DNA from: Eledone cirrhosa
Lineage: Eukaryota
DNA: 64,000 nt
NCBI GenBank assembly: GCA_964016885.1
Contig: OZ024740.1
Location: 230,764,001 to 230,828,000, forward strand
Direction of reading: 5' to 3'
This document shows, piece by piece, positions 13,001 through 28,000 of this stretch. A program made the position numbers and the translations under genes. Position 1 is the first letter of the stretch. Each line of letters starts with the position of its first letter. The notes under the pieces are model-generated. The model was not told where the DNA came from, searched no databases, and was given only the letters and a program-made list of their open reading frames with translations.

Positions 13001-16000
13001 GGAAAGATCAATAGAAACATTGTTTCCTTGGTCCAATTTGACAAGTTCCACTGCACTCAGTATGTGAATGAGGTCTGGGATCTTATCAATTGATCGAGCA
13101 ATCGATCAAATTCTAACTTGCATTGTACCAGCTTTGTCAAAACAAAATATCAAATTAAACAGAATAAGAACAAACAACTGTGGTTTAAATTTTTCAATAA
13201 TTATTCATGGTAAATAGATATATTTTAGTATAAGATGTAGGAAGTTCAGAAGCAGAAAATAACTGCAAGTACAGTCAGTTGCTCTAAAATAGCTTATAAA
13301 AAAATTGGGTAAAAAGATACTGAGTTCAATTCTTCATGGCAACCACTGGCAACATTTTTCTGTCTCTAGAGGTCTTTACCAGATTTTTATTAGTCATTTT
13401 ATAGCAATTGACTGTAATTGCAGTTAGTTTATGTGTCTCAGCTTCCTAAACACAATGTTTGTTATATTTTCATAGACTATATTTTATGTAGTAAAAGCTA
13501 TGCCATTTTCTGTTGAAACAGGTGTTAGCCATATCAGCAATATGACCATGATGAGCTTCACTGTTTTGCCCGGTGTATACAGTTTAGACTAGGTATACCA
13601 TATCTTGCTATGTGTCATAAGAGGTGACTAAAAGGGTTGGCATCAAGAAGAGAATCCAGTTGTTATCATCATCCCATCTTTTCCCGCAACTCCTGAGAGT
13701 TGTAAGGGCAATATATTGACATATGGTATTTCTAGAGCATTTCTTAAAACCTGGCAGAGCCCAACTCCTCTTCAGGTCTGAACACAACAGATTTCTTCTA
13801 GAGAAGGATATACAGTGAGAGAATGGAAGTGAGAAAGAGATATAGAGAAAGAAGAATCAACTCCAGTATTTGAATGGCACTTTTTTTTTATCAACCTTAA
13901 ATGGATGAAAGGCAAAGTTGACCTGAGCGGGATTTGATCTCAGAGAGCAAAGAGCCAGAACAAATAGCACAAAGCATTTTATCCAGTTGTAGAACATTGA
14001 CTCCAAAAACAAATGACACCATGATGAGTAATAACTCTTTTATACTAGAAATAAGAAAATTTTAGCTTTAACACCTACATGGTTATTTGATATGACAATA
14101 ATGTGTTGAGGTTTTGAACTTGTGTGATTCTTCCAGAAGTCAGTATTTACTCCTGGAATACGACAGCCAGCAAATACATTATAGTACTGTTGCATACATA
14201 AAGGTTGTTCACCTACTTTATCCAAGGGAAGCTTATTTCTGAAGATAAAGAAAAGAAAAGAATATATATATATATTTAAGGGGAATCCGTACTGGTGTGC
14301 AAGAGGGAAGTCTGCATTGGTATGGACATGTGATGCGCATGGACAATGACCAATGGGTGAAGAAATGCCAGGAAATCCCAGTGGATGGAAGCCGCAGTAG
14401 AGAACAACCAAGAAAGATCCGGGAAGAGGTTGTGAGAGCTGACCTTAAATCGCTAAGACTGGCCGAGATGATGAAGGAATGCAACAAGTGGAGAGATGCC
14501 ATGCTGAGAAGGACCCATTTAACCCATGCAAGCATGGAAAAACGGATGTAAAAAACGATGATGATGATGATGATACATAGCACAATTACACCTCTGAAAG
14601 GCAATGACTCAGGACCGCGACCTTTGGTGCTATGCAGTTTTACGGAAGACCCGCCCTCTATTGTTCTCGGGATGAGCCTTATACCTAGTAGACAACACCT
14701 TCCTCAACCTGCTATCCCCTCTCATCCACCTCCCTTAGCAGTAACCATACCTTCCCTACTACCCTGACCACATCTCCCCCCCCTTCCCTAGTCCCCACTG
14801 TAAAGAACATCCAGCCCACACTATAAAGTGATTGTGTAGGTGTCATGACAAAACGTACTCAGCACACACTGTCAATGTGGTTGGCGTTAGGAAGGGCATC
14901 CAGCCGTAGAAAACCAGCCAGAAGCTCTCCTATATGAGCGAGACACAGTCACCCAACCCAACTTGTCTCTAATTGGAATCGTCTAACCCATGCTAGCGTG
15001 GAAGATAGACATTATTCGACAATGATGATATCATATATGATAAATATATATCGTGAATGCGTGTGGTTTTAGTGGTTAGAGAATTGAATTTATGAACAGG
15101 AGGTTGTGAGTTTGATTCCCAGGCCAGACATTTTATTTCACATTGCTCCTTCTACCAGGAGTTGCGACTAGTAGATAGTATTAGCAATTGGAAAGTCAAA
15201 TGGAAACATTGATTCTTTGGTCCAATATGATGAGTTCCACACCACTCAGTAAGTGAATAGGATCTTGTCAATTCAGATCATATACGTGTAACTATACAAT
15301 ACAGGATTAAGCTGTGATTGTATGAATCATCATCATTGTCATCATTATCCTCATTCTATGTTTGTTTTTCATGTTGACATAGGAAGGATGGGTTGTTACA
15401 GTATGGGACTAGAAAGATTGGAGCAACCTCACCCTTCTCATATGTTCCATTTTTGGCATGGTTTCTACAAGTTAGATGCCTCTCCTAATGCCAACCACCT
15501 TGATGTACTAGGTGCATTTTCTCATGGTAGCAACACTAATACTTTACAGGATGTATTGAGTACATTTTATCATGGTGCCAACATTAACACTTTACAGAGA
15601 GTATTGGGTACATTTTATCATGGTATCAGCACTGGAGATTTTCACATACTCATCCAGAGTGAAGGGTCCTCTCAAACCCTATATTGTTCTGTTCAACACT
15701 GTAACATCCAATCTCTCACCACATTTCCTTTTAGTGTAGCAATGTTTGTACAGGAGGGCAGTTCTTTTGTATGATGGTATATTGCCAGTTAGCTCTTTAT
15801 GAGGTTCAGTTTCTGGAGGTCATTCTTGACAACTTTGTTCCATGTCTTCCAAAGTCTCCCTCTTCCACAGGTTCTATCCACTTGAAGTGCTCAGCACTTT
15901 TTTTTATATAATGTATATGTAAATAAACACATTGAGTAACTAGGCATGTAAACATTTCCCGATAGATTGAGAAAATGATGAACATCCTTAATTGATTTTC

Positions 16001-19000
16001 AACCCTTATTGGGTTCTCATTAAAGAATATATCATCAAACAACTACAAAATACATACCACTGTTGACCTTATAAAGCCTACCAAATGTATTACGAACCAG
16101 AGTATTAATTTGTATTTTTCAGATTTTTTTCCTCCCCACGCCACTTATTAAATTTTCTTAATCTATCTCTGGCAAAATTCTATTTTAAGTGGTAGCATTC
16201 CTGTGACAATTAATTTTCTTTAAACATTAAAAAAACATTATACATGGCAAAAAAAGTACATTACTAGAAATCCCATATGTTATAAAATAAAAAGGATGGG
16301 TTGGGTCTCAATAACAGGCCACTTTACCGGTCAGGTATGGCGGCCTAGGCCTCCGGTCCCCGATCTCACTAGCTTTGCCGGTGTATCTTTCGTTGGTAAC
16401 CTCGTGCCGCGTCCTCGTCAGCAGGGTTCTTCAAAACACAACAGAACCCTCTGTGTTCAGAGAACGTGAGGCCGCCTGTGAGATGTGGGACCGGTTGGGA
16501 CTTAGCCCAGTAGACGTCCCTCCTCCTTCTCCCCCTGTTGACGTCAAGTCCCCCCAACGCACTTGGGATGACATCCAGTGCAGCCTGGCCTCAGACAGGC
16601 TCATGCGCCAGCTCGACCAGCACTGCCTTGCTTGTTTTCGTGCGGCCTCCAAACCCCACAGTGGTGCCTGGCTCCATGCTCTGCCCTCCTTCTCCACTGG
16701 CACGCAGCTAGACAACCATAGCCTGCGAATCGGCGTTTCCCTGAGGCTCGGCCTCCGGATCTGCCAGCCACACCAATGTCGCTGCGGTCCCACCGTGGAC
16801 TCTTTTGGCCTCCACCCGCTTTCCTGTCACCACAGTGCCGGCCGCATTCCACGCCATACTGCCCTCAACGAGGTCATTAAACATGGCTTGGACACTGCAG
16901 GCTTCCCTTCCCAGCTCGAGCCGGTGGGGCTGGATCGAGGGGACGGCAAAAGGCCAGATGGCATCACCATCTTCCCGTTCCGCGGTGGCAAACTCCTCGT
17001 CTGGGATGCCACTTGCACCAACACTTTCTGCAGCCGCAACCTGGTGCAGTCTGTGACTGACCCAGGTTCTGCTGCACGTCGGGCTGAGGGAGCCAAACTC
17101 CTCAAATACCGGTCGCTCTCCGACAGGTTTGCGGTCGTTCCCCTGGCAGTGGAAACTTTTGGCGTCCTCAGCCCCAGGGCTACCTCCTTACTCACCACCA
17201 TAGGCGCTGAGCTGGCCAGCCGTAGGTGTGAGCCCCGCGAGTTGGAGTGGATTTTCCAGCGCGTCCCCCAAGCCGTCCTCCGGGGAAACGCCTTCTCCAT
17301 TCTGTCCGCCCGGGCTGTGGGTGGGCCCCATCACGTACCAATACATTAGTTAAATACCATTCTTTCATCTCAACTCAAGTGAATAACTTACCATTGGACA
17401 GCTTGTGGTGTGTGGATAGGCGCACGCGCACACACATTCACACACACACACATTCTTTCTCACCCTCTCTCTCCTAAGAATGGGTGTACTTAAAGCATTA
17501 ACTGATGAACATTCAATATGTAAATTAAGTGACAAATTCTGGGTTTTAAAAAAATCAAGGGAGACAACCAAAAAAAATTACCGATTTTCCATACCCACCC
17601 CCACTTTTTCATACTCACCTGCTTATTCCTACTCCCCCACTTATCCCCTCCCCCTATTAATTGTGACCCAAGAGTAGTTAATTTCAGTATATAATAAATT
17701 ATGCACTAAACAACCAGAATATCCCACAAAAAATAGCAAACTGGTAATGACAACAATAGCACAAACTCCAACCCGGTTTCTTATTATAATCTTCTGATAA
17801 AGGGTTTTTAGACCTGAAATATTAACACAGGGAAATGAAATAACAGGTGATACACCAACACCTTTGTTACCTTCAATTAATTCTGAAATGTACTGTCCAT
17901 TTTGCTGGACTAGATACTTTTTATCATGGCACCACTATGACCATCTTACAGGTTTGACTAGATACTTTTTATCGTGGCACCAGTACGACCATCTTACAGG
18001 CTGGACTAGATTCTTTATATCGTGGCAGCAGTATGACTACTGTACAGGGTGAACTGACTGGTTTTTATCGTGGCACCAGTATGACCACCTTACAAGGTGA
18101 ACTGGGTATTTTTGTCATGGCACCAGAATATATTAAAACATATGTTGAAAAATAAAATAAAATAAAAATTAAAATCTAAAGTTTTTAATTTCATTACCAA
18201 TTTTATTACTGTTTAATCACTCTTTTGGGGGCCTCTGAAAATTTGCAATAGAGTGGAAGGATACTTCTTGTCATCATCATCATCCTTTAACGTCTATTTT
18301 CCATGCTAGCATGGGTTAGACGGGTTGTCCCATTAGAGGTAAGTTGGGTCAGGTGACCTATCTTGTTCATATAGGACTTTTTCAGGCTAAATTTCTACAG
18401 CTAGATGCCCTTCCTAATGCCAACCACATTTACAGTGTGTGCTGGGTGCTTTTAGTCGTGACACCTACAGGACCACTTTACAGTGTAAGCTGGGTGCTTT
18501 TTGTCGTGACACCTACATGACTACTTTACAGTGTAGGCTGGATGCTTCTTGTGATACCAACATAACTTTACAGAGTAAGGTTGGTGTGAACAGAAGTGAG
18601 AGGGTGGTGTAGGGGCATGGAGTTGTATAGAAAGGGGTATAGTGGTTAAGTGGTTAAGAGGTACTTACTGGATGTATGTTTGAGTCTCTTGTGTGCACAC
18701 AAAATATAAAATTAAAATACATGCTACATAGGATAAACCAAGTTGTTACATAGCATGTTATCAGGACTGGATTAACCCATTAAACAAAATATACACATGC
18801 TTAAGGCATAAAAGGAAGGACACCATTTTATTTAAATTAAATGTATTTGTCATTCCGCCAAAAAATTGTTTTAAGCAAGTATCGTTTAAGTGCTAAGGGC
18901 CTGAAAAGGACTTAGTCTTGCCCTGCATGTTACACAGGATAAACAAAATTGTTTAGATACTTACTCTTCTCCTTTAAAGTTTCACCGAAGCTACTGTCTT

Positions 19001-22000
19001 TTCAAAACAGTCTTGTAAAGTTGATAGCTTCAGCAAAACTGAAAACCTTCAAAGTAAACAGTCACTATCAATAAAGAAATATTATATTGACTCAATAACA
19101 AATATGAGTTTAAAGTCTGTCTCGAGTTTAGAGGCTCATCAGACCAGTGCTTATTCTGGTTTCCATGGCATGAAGCGACTGAGAGTACAAGACTTCCCCT
19201 GAGCAGGACACCTATTCATCACAGGTTAAAGTCTGTCTTGTGCTTGCAAGCTCAGGCCGGGGCTTATCCCAATTTCTGTGACATGAAGTCATTGACAGTA
19301 CAAGACACCCCACCGAACAGGAGACCAGTCCATCACAGGGTTAAACCCCCAGACATTACTGGTACTCATTTTCTGAGTATACTAGAGTAATGTGAAATGA
19401 AGTGTTTTTGCTTAAGAACACAACACATCATAATGATTGAAAGTCCAACACACCTCCTCTATCATTCTGTGCAAATTCATAAAACAAACGATTACTTACT
19501 CATCTATCATTATCTTGTAATCAAGAATTCCGGATATCATTTTTGCAGCAATCCTAATAAATAGAAAATAAAGACTTGGAATTCAGATTTTTGGTTGAAT
19601 AGATGTAATGTTGTGTTGTTCTTACCTTTTCAGATGGCATCTTCACAGTAAGTGAAGTGGTTGCAATAGAGAATCAAAAATGAGTGAGAGAGATACTTTG
19701 TGAAGGACTGGTAGTGAGACATGGATAGTGAATTCAGAGGATATATGAAGGCTGGAGTGAAATGAAGCAAGCATGCTTTGAAGGCTGTAAAATGTTAATG
19801 TGTGCGAACAACAAAGCATGGATAAGCTAAGAGAGAAACTGGGTGATGCTTGTGTATGATGCTGCATGGTAGTGAGACATGCATGGACAGTGGATGTAGA
19901 GGATATGTGAAGGTTGGAGATAAATGAAGCAAGCATGCTTCGATATCCATGCAATATTAATATGTGTGAAAGACAGAGCATAGATATGCTGAGAGAAAAG
20001 TTGGGAATAAGAGGAAGCAGATGTAGTGAGCAAGAGAGAAGATTGCACTTGTATGGAGATGTGAGATGTATGGATGAAGAAGTCCCAAGACATCTCAGGA
20101 GAAGGATACTACAGCAGAGACAGACCAAGGAAGACCAGGCAGAAGTCATGAGAGCTGATCTCCAATCACTGAAACTCATAGAAGAAATGACAAATGACCA
20201 TGATGAGTAGGGAGATGCTGTGCTGGAAAAGATTTATCCAACCCTGAAAGCATGGAAAAGCGGATGTAAAATGATGATGATGATAATGATGATGACTTCA
20301 ACATTGATGTACATATAGTCCCTATCATGTCACTTCAACACTTGTTGTAACAGTAGGGGTAATAATTGACTAAAGTGGTCACAAGATGATGAGGATGGGG
20401 AAGAAGAGAAGAAGGAGGTGGAGGAAGATATAATACTTACTTCAACTGTCCCTTCTCTCCTTCAAATTTTTGCAGAGGAAACAACATTCCTGGGTTGGAA
20501 TTGATAACTACAGGAGACCTAACACTTAAGTAGCCATAATGTAGCCACCATTGAGATAGCTGCAATAAATATATAATAAACAACTACTCAAGTCTTTCAT
20601 TTATTTATACAGCAACACCATACCAGAAAAAAACAATAAACTGAAATTTCATTATGACAATAGTAAGCATTTTAAGACCATCTTTCCTTATAAAGCAGTG
20701 GTTAGGGCTGTAGAAGATCACGCCACCTAACCTTAACTTTGGAGGCAGTCGATTAACTGCCCTTAGTTCTGACATCAGTAGCTGAATAAACTCTCTCTTC
20801 GACTGCTGTCTCTAGAGGCGATCGGACACGTTTCACGATGACGAAACAGCGATAGCACACCATGCGGTCACGGGATAATTGAAGACCGACAATTAAAGAT
20901 AATTACCAATTACCAACCTAGGAACAACTGATATGATAACCTGTTTTGTTAATTGCTCTGATTAAAATACTCATGCATATGTAATCTCGAGGTATGTTTT
21001 TTATTTGCTTAATTGTGTACCTACACCTTAACAACAATTAGAAGAGATGTTCTACCAGCCAGGCTAGGGAAACAAACTCCCCTCTAAATCATAAAAACAA
21101 CCCAGCCTTCTAAAATGGTGACCATCTCTCCTAAAGGGCTATCAACTCTTCAACCACCCCTCATCAAGTCTCTGGCTTTCATGTCCTCTTTCAGCATCTT
21201 TAGCCATGTCCTTCCACATTCATTGCCATCACTCCTGTCACCCAGTTTCTTTCATTCTTCCTTCACACATGACCCAACAATTTCATTCCATTTCTCTTCA
21301 CAACAATCATCAATACTTCTATTACTCTAACCCAGTATCCAACCATCTTATTCTATTTCTCTTTGGCTCTATTCTCTTCACTTCTGTCACCCAATCACTA
21401 TCATTCTCCTCCACACATGACCTAAGCATCTCATTCCATTTCTCTTCACATTCAACATTGGCTCTATTCCTATCATCCTCTCACCCAGTCACTTTCATCC
21501 TTCCTCAACCATCTCATTCCATTTCTCTTCACATCCATCACTAACTCTATTCCTCATTTTTCCTCAACACATGACCCAACCATTTCATTCTATTTCTCTT
21601 CACAACAACCATCACAGGCTCTAATTCCGCCACTCCTGTCACCTCCATCCTTCCTCAACACATGACCAAACCATCTTATTCCATTTCTCTTCACAACATT
21701 CATCACTGGCTCTATCCCTAACTCTCCTCTGGCAGTAATCAAGTAACATATTAAAAGTTTCAATAGAGTTTTATGTAAAAAGACTTATTTTTCAATTGCA
21801 TTCCAAACATCAGATTGTAGTTTTGAGCCAATGTGGAGGCCTCAATGTGATCACTCAAACTGCTAGAAATAGGAGTCAAATCATATCCAATTATCTTTAA
21901 AAAAGGAAGGACACGCTACAAAATGTCTTAGATATGACTAGAATGGCTTTAATCCTAAGGTAGCTAATCTGTAGCAATTTATATGCAGTGACATGGATAC

Positions 22001-25000
22001 AAGTTATGAATTTGCCTCCACATAACTTAAATAGAGCTATGGCACTCACTGCACTAATCATCATCATCATTATCATCATCAACCGAATGCATTTTATCGT
22101 GACACCAACACTAGAAAGGTTGTCATATCAATGACACAACTAAATGGTCCCCACAACCCTTTGTTTGGCAAGCTTTCTACAGCTGGATGCCCTTCTTATT
22201 AACAACTATTTTACAGGATGCACTAGTTGCATTTATAAAGTAGATCACCAACACTGGGGAGGTTGTCATGATCTTGGATTTGAAAATAAAAGGCAATGTT
22301 TTTCATTAGAAATGTAGTAATGAAAGAGTTCATTGGAGCTAGTGTCCTCCTTGACAGGTTGGAGGTTACATCATACATATGTTCTGGTTTTGGCATGGTT
22401 TCTGCAATGAGATATCCTTCCAATCACCAACCATTTTACAGATCACATGCAATTGTTTTTCTTAAAGGTATCTTACCCAATTATCAGCAGATTTTGCTCT
22501 TTCTTTCAATAGTGTTTGAAGTTTAGGACCAACCTCTTTCTTGAAATCTTCTATAACCTAAAATAAAAGTAAAAAAGAAAACAATTTTATAAATAGTGTT
22601 GATATGACATTGCATGGTCATTGACACACATACATACACAAGCAGACCAGACATGCACACACAACATTATCATCATTTTTCATGCTCGCATCGATTAGAT
22701 AAGTTGCCACTGTCCAACAGTCCAAGACTAGAGAAGCACGCTTTGCTCCTATGTTTCATTTTTGGCATGTTTTTACAATAGAATGACCTTCTTAACACTA
22801 ACCTCTCTACAGAGAGTTCTAGATGCATTGTATTGTAGCACAAAAACTACCATTTACACAGTGCACTGGGTACATTGTATTGTAGCACAAAGACTACCAT
22901 TTACACAGTGTACTGGGTACATTTTATTGTAGCACAGGCATTACCATTTACACAGTGTACTGTGTACAAAGGACTCATAAAATATGAGAAAAATCTAATA
23001 AAAAAAGTTAAGACTCAAACATTGTGTCTGACATACATACACAGACATATAACTAACTTCCCATGGTTTCCATGTATCAAATTAATTCATTTTGTATGAA
23101 AAGTAAGATGAAATTTGCGAGGAAAGGGTGGCAGGTGGGACAGAGAAGGAGAAAGGTTTGAGGGAGATGTCGCATTAAGGTGAGGGAGAAGAAAGGTTTG
23201 TAAGAAGAAAATAAGTTGCTGTTCTCTATGCCAGCGCGAGTCAGGGAGTCCAGCACAATGTGAAAGCCTGAAGACACTGAGGAGGCGTGTGGAGTGGCCA
23301 GCAGATTGAAAATGTCGGGAGATTGGAATTGGGTTGTTGACCCGGTTGTCCCAAAGGGGTTCAGCAAATCTGTTGGCCAGGCAACGGCTAGTCTGACCAA
23401 GGTAGATAGCTCCAAAAGAGAACAACGGAGCCCAGAGACAAGGCTGGTGGAGGTGCAGCTGAAGGAGTCCCTAACCCTGAAGGACCGATCATTGGGAAAG
23501 AAAAGGGTGATAGGAGATAAAGCTGCATGTATGTCAGCGGGGTTGGGAACAGCGGTGGGATCCAGGAGATGTGTTGTGGGGAGTAAAAGCGCTGCGGACG
23601 AGGAATTCTGAAGGTTACGAATGCACTTGAATGAAATGGGGGGTGGGAGGGGGAAACTGGGTGAGATGGAGGGATTAGACTGTAGGCGGCAGAAAAGACG
23701 GAGGGACAAGGTAGAAGGAGGAAGGGCAGTTGGTTGGCAGGGGCAGCGGTGGCGTGGACTAAGGGCAATTGACGCCACAGGCACAGGTGAGGGTGGCTTG
23801 GGTCAGGGTAGGGGGTTATCCACGCCTAGTGAAAAGTCTGGCCACGTAATGAGACTGAATCAGAAAATCATGGCGTAGACGGAGGAATTGGGAATAGGAG
23901 ATGGAGTGTTTTGTGTAGGTGGGGTGTGAGGAGAAGTTGAGGAAGGTATGGGAATCTGAGGGCTCTAAGTAGACGGAGGTGAAGAGGGAGTGATTGGAGG
24001 TGTCAGTGGTAACACAGATGTCTACAGAAGTGGATATAGAGGTGGTGAACTTGAGGGCAGGGTGGAAGGAGCAGAGAAAGGACAAAAAGGAATTGAGCTT
24101 GGCTCGGGTGGGGGACATGCTGCCAAAACAGTCATCAATGTACCAACAGTACAGCTCAGGGGTTGGGCCAGAGAATTCTGAAAAGATCTGAGCCTCAACA
24201 TAGCCGACAAGTAAGTTGGCATAGCTGGGGCCTATTCTTGTGCCCTTGGCCACCCCCATCGTCTGTTGGTAAATCTCACCTAAGAAGGAGAAACAGTTGA
24301 GGGAGAGGACGAACTTAGCTAAATGAATAAGGGTAGAGGTGGAAGGTAGAGAGGAGAGACGATGGTTAAGGAAGTGCTGTAGGGCCAGGAGACCTTCGGA
24401 ATGGGGGATGACTGTGCATAGGGATTTGATGTCGAGGGTGAAGATTAGGGAGGGGAGAAGATGAAAGAGTCGAAGAGGCGGAGGGCATGGTTGGTGTCAA
24501 AAATGTGGGACAGTAGGGTAGCTACTAGTGGGGAGTACAGAATCAAGAAAGGTTGAAACAAATTCAGTGGGGCAATTACACACTGAGATGATGGGGTGGC
24601 CGGGGTTGTTGGGCTTGTGTAATTTGGGGAGGAAATAGATGGTAGAGGTCCATGGAGTGTGGACAATAAGGTTGGTAGCCGAGGGGAGTAGAAGAGAGGA
24701 AGCAACGAGCTGGTGTATAGTAGATTTAACCTGTTGTTGGTATTGAGGAGTGGGATTGGTGGTAAGGAGGTGGTAGAAGAGAGGGTTTCAGAGTTGCCAA
24801 TAAGCCTCCGTTTTGTAGAGGTCCGTGTGCCACACGACCACAGTGCCACTCTTGTCAGCCAGCTTAATGACAATGTCATCACAGTCAATGAGGGAACAGA
24901 GGGCTACGAGTTTGGCCGAGAGATGTGACATCATTCGTACCGTTTACAGAAATTGAAACAATTCACTGCATCAACAAACTTATCCAGGGCCCTGAATTGT

Positions 25001-28000
25001 TCGGGAGACAGCGTCCAGTGTGATGGTCGCTGGATTCTGTCAACGGGGTGTCTAAAGAAGTTTGGAGCCGGAGGGTTACCCTGAAAATGCATGTGCAATT
25101 TGGTGTGGTGGGTCTGAAATTCGTCACCAGAAGGCGAGAGTGGTATGATCGCAGACCTCTACTGAGGAGTGAATGCTCAGAATCAGATAGCAGAAGGTCA
25201 GGGGGAGTAGAGTGACAACAAGTTGTGAGTTGGTGGGATTGGGAGGGTTGGTGGGAAAAGGGTCAGATGTGGGTGGGGGAGAATGGGGATGGAAAAGTGT
25301 AAAGGTGAAAGATGTGGAGACGAAAGGGTGTGTATGAGTGCAGGGGTGGAAGGAAGGAGAGAATGTAGCTTATGGACTTTTGTGGAGGTTAGGAATTGGA
25401 AGAGTTGTTGGTTGAGATATTGTATGAAAAGTAAGAAGGAATGTGTGAGGAAAGAGTCACAAGTGGAACAGAGAAAGAGATAGATTTGAGGGAAATGTTG
25501 GTCTATCATGTGGATCTGGGAGAGGGTACATTAAATGGTGGTGCACATGAGAAGGCAGGAGGAGCGAGTGAGGATGGGCTCAATGGCAAGGGATGAGTGA
25601 GTTGTGGGTTGGAAGTGGAGATGGAAACGTTGTGGGATGAGATAGTGACAAAGGCAGTGGCTGAAGAAATTGACATAGCTGGAGTACTGGGTGTTAGAAA
25701 AGAGAAGCTATGACAGGCAGAGTGTAGGTTGGATGCAGAAGGGAGGAAGAGAGGCAAGGTAGAGTTTTAAACAGTTGTGCAGGTGGCGGAGGAAATTTGG
25801 CTTGGCATGGTGGGAAAAGAGGAATCATCATCATCATCATCATCATCGTTTAACGTCCATATTCCACGCTTGCATGGGTTTGGACGGGGGTTTTCCCACT
25901 TGAGGCAAGAGTGGTTGTCTTGCTCGCATAGGACTGTCTGGTTGGTTTTCTACAGCTGGATGCCCTTCCTAACACCAACCACATTTACAGTGTGGAACTG
26001 GGAGCTTTTTACCGTGTTGCCTACACGGCCACATTACAGCGTGGACTGTGTGTTTTTTTGTCGTGACACCTACACGATCTCATTTGTTTCGGGCTGGATG
26101 TTGTGGTACCAACATAACTTTACATTGAAGGGGTGGTGTGGATGGGGTGGGGGTAGTGGGACGGGGTGTATTTTGTTAGAGGTGCCTACTGACTGTAGGT
26201 TTCACTTTGTACTTAGGTAAGGCGGGTCTTCTCTATTACTGTGTAGCGCCAAAGCTCTCGGTCCAGTGACATTGCCTTGGAGAGGTGTAAGTGTTTGAGG
26301 TCGGAATTTATCAAGTCGTCCCAGGTCTTTCTGGGTCTGCCTACTCCGTGGCTACCGTCTATTTTTATTGCCCTGCACTTTTTTATACAGCTGTCGTCTT
26401 TCATGCGCATCACGTGACCATACCAACGTAGTCTTCTCTCGAGTAAACAACATCTGATCCCTCTTATTTCTAATTTCTCCCTTAGTACGGTTATGCTTTG
26501 CCGTTCACGTATGTTACTATTACACATCCAGCGGAGCATGCAAGCTTCGTTTCTCTCCAGTCTGCGTATATCCTCTGCACACAATGCCCAGGTCTCACTG
26601 CCATGTAACATTGCTGTTCGTATGCAGGCATCATACAGCCTGCCCTTCATTTTTAGAGAGAACCCTTTAGCGGCCAATAGTGGTATAAGCTCTCTGAATT
26701 TTTTCCATCCCGTTCTGTCCCTAGCTACTGTACTTTCAGAGCACCCTCCCCCACTGCTGATTTTGTCACCCAGGTAACGGAAGCTGTCCACTATTTCTAT
26801 AGAACCATCTGTGCAATGGAACGAGTTAGTATTCTGTGGGCACTTGCTACTACTTATTGCACCAGAGCACCGGCCACATATAAAATCTATATTCTTAGAT
26901 AGTTTACCTGTGATCCCACTACATCTTTTATGTACCCACACTTTGCATTTGGGACATAAAATGGAGTTTCTACCTACTCCTTTCCTACCCACTGAGCATG
27001 GCCATTTCCCAGATGGGACCGGTGCCCTATTTTCCTTCCTACAAACTAGAACTTTAGTCTTAGACAAGTTAACTTTAAGGCCTTTTGATTCTAGGCCATG
27101 CTTCCATGTTTGGAATTTCTTCTCTAGTTCAGCCATTGATTCAGCTATGAGCGTTAGATCATCTGCATATAGGAGTTCCCATGGGCAGCCGGTCTTGTAC
27201 TCCTCTGTTATAGCCTGAAGGGCAATAATAAATAGTGGGGGGCTAAGGACGGAGCCCTGATGAACACCAACTTTTACGCTAAACTCTTCACTATATTCGT
27301 TGTTAATTCTAACCTTGCTGGCTGTTTCTTTATACATGGCTTGTATAGCTCTCACAAGCCATTCATCAACACCTAGTTTTCTAAGGGCCCACCAGATAAT
27401 CGAGCGGGGTACTCTGTCAAAGGCTTTTTCCAAGTCAACAAAAGCTAAGTATAGGGGTTTACATTTAGCTAGGTACTTTTCCTGTAGTTGTCGTACAATG
27501 AAAAGAGCGTCTGTTGTACTTTTACCTGACACAAACCCGAACTGCATTTCGTCTAGATTAATTCGCTCTCTGATTAGTTGCGCTATTACTTTTTCTGTGA
27601 CCTTCATGACCTGGTCAATTAATTTAATGCCTCTATAGTTTCCCCTATCTAGGGCACCACCTTTACCCTTGTAGCAGTTAATGATGATGCTGCTGCGCCA
27701 GTCCTTCGGAACGACCCCACTCTGTATGACTTGGTTTACTATCCGGGTGACCATAGTGTGTCCCACCGTTCCAGATGCTTTCAGCATTTCGGCAACTATT
27801 TCCGAAGGCCCGGCCGCCTTGCCCGTCTTCATGTCTTTGATCGCCTTACTTATTATACTACCTTCAACTTGCACTGCTGGTCCCTCTATTGGGTCGATGT
27901 GGGGGAGACTGTCTTTCTCCCAATTATTCTCCTCATTTAGTAGCCTTTCGTAGTGACACTTCCAAGCTACCTTCTTATCAGCGTCAGTGATGGCAAGTAC

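Noticed and set aside
20700-20900. CpG-rich segment with small hairpins
   Set aside because: Only short stems; no tRNA, ribozyme or terminal-repeat pattern could be supported.
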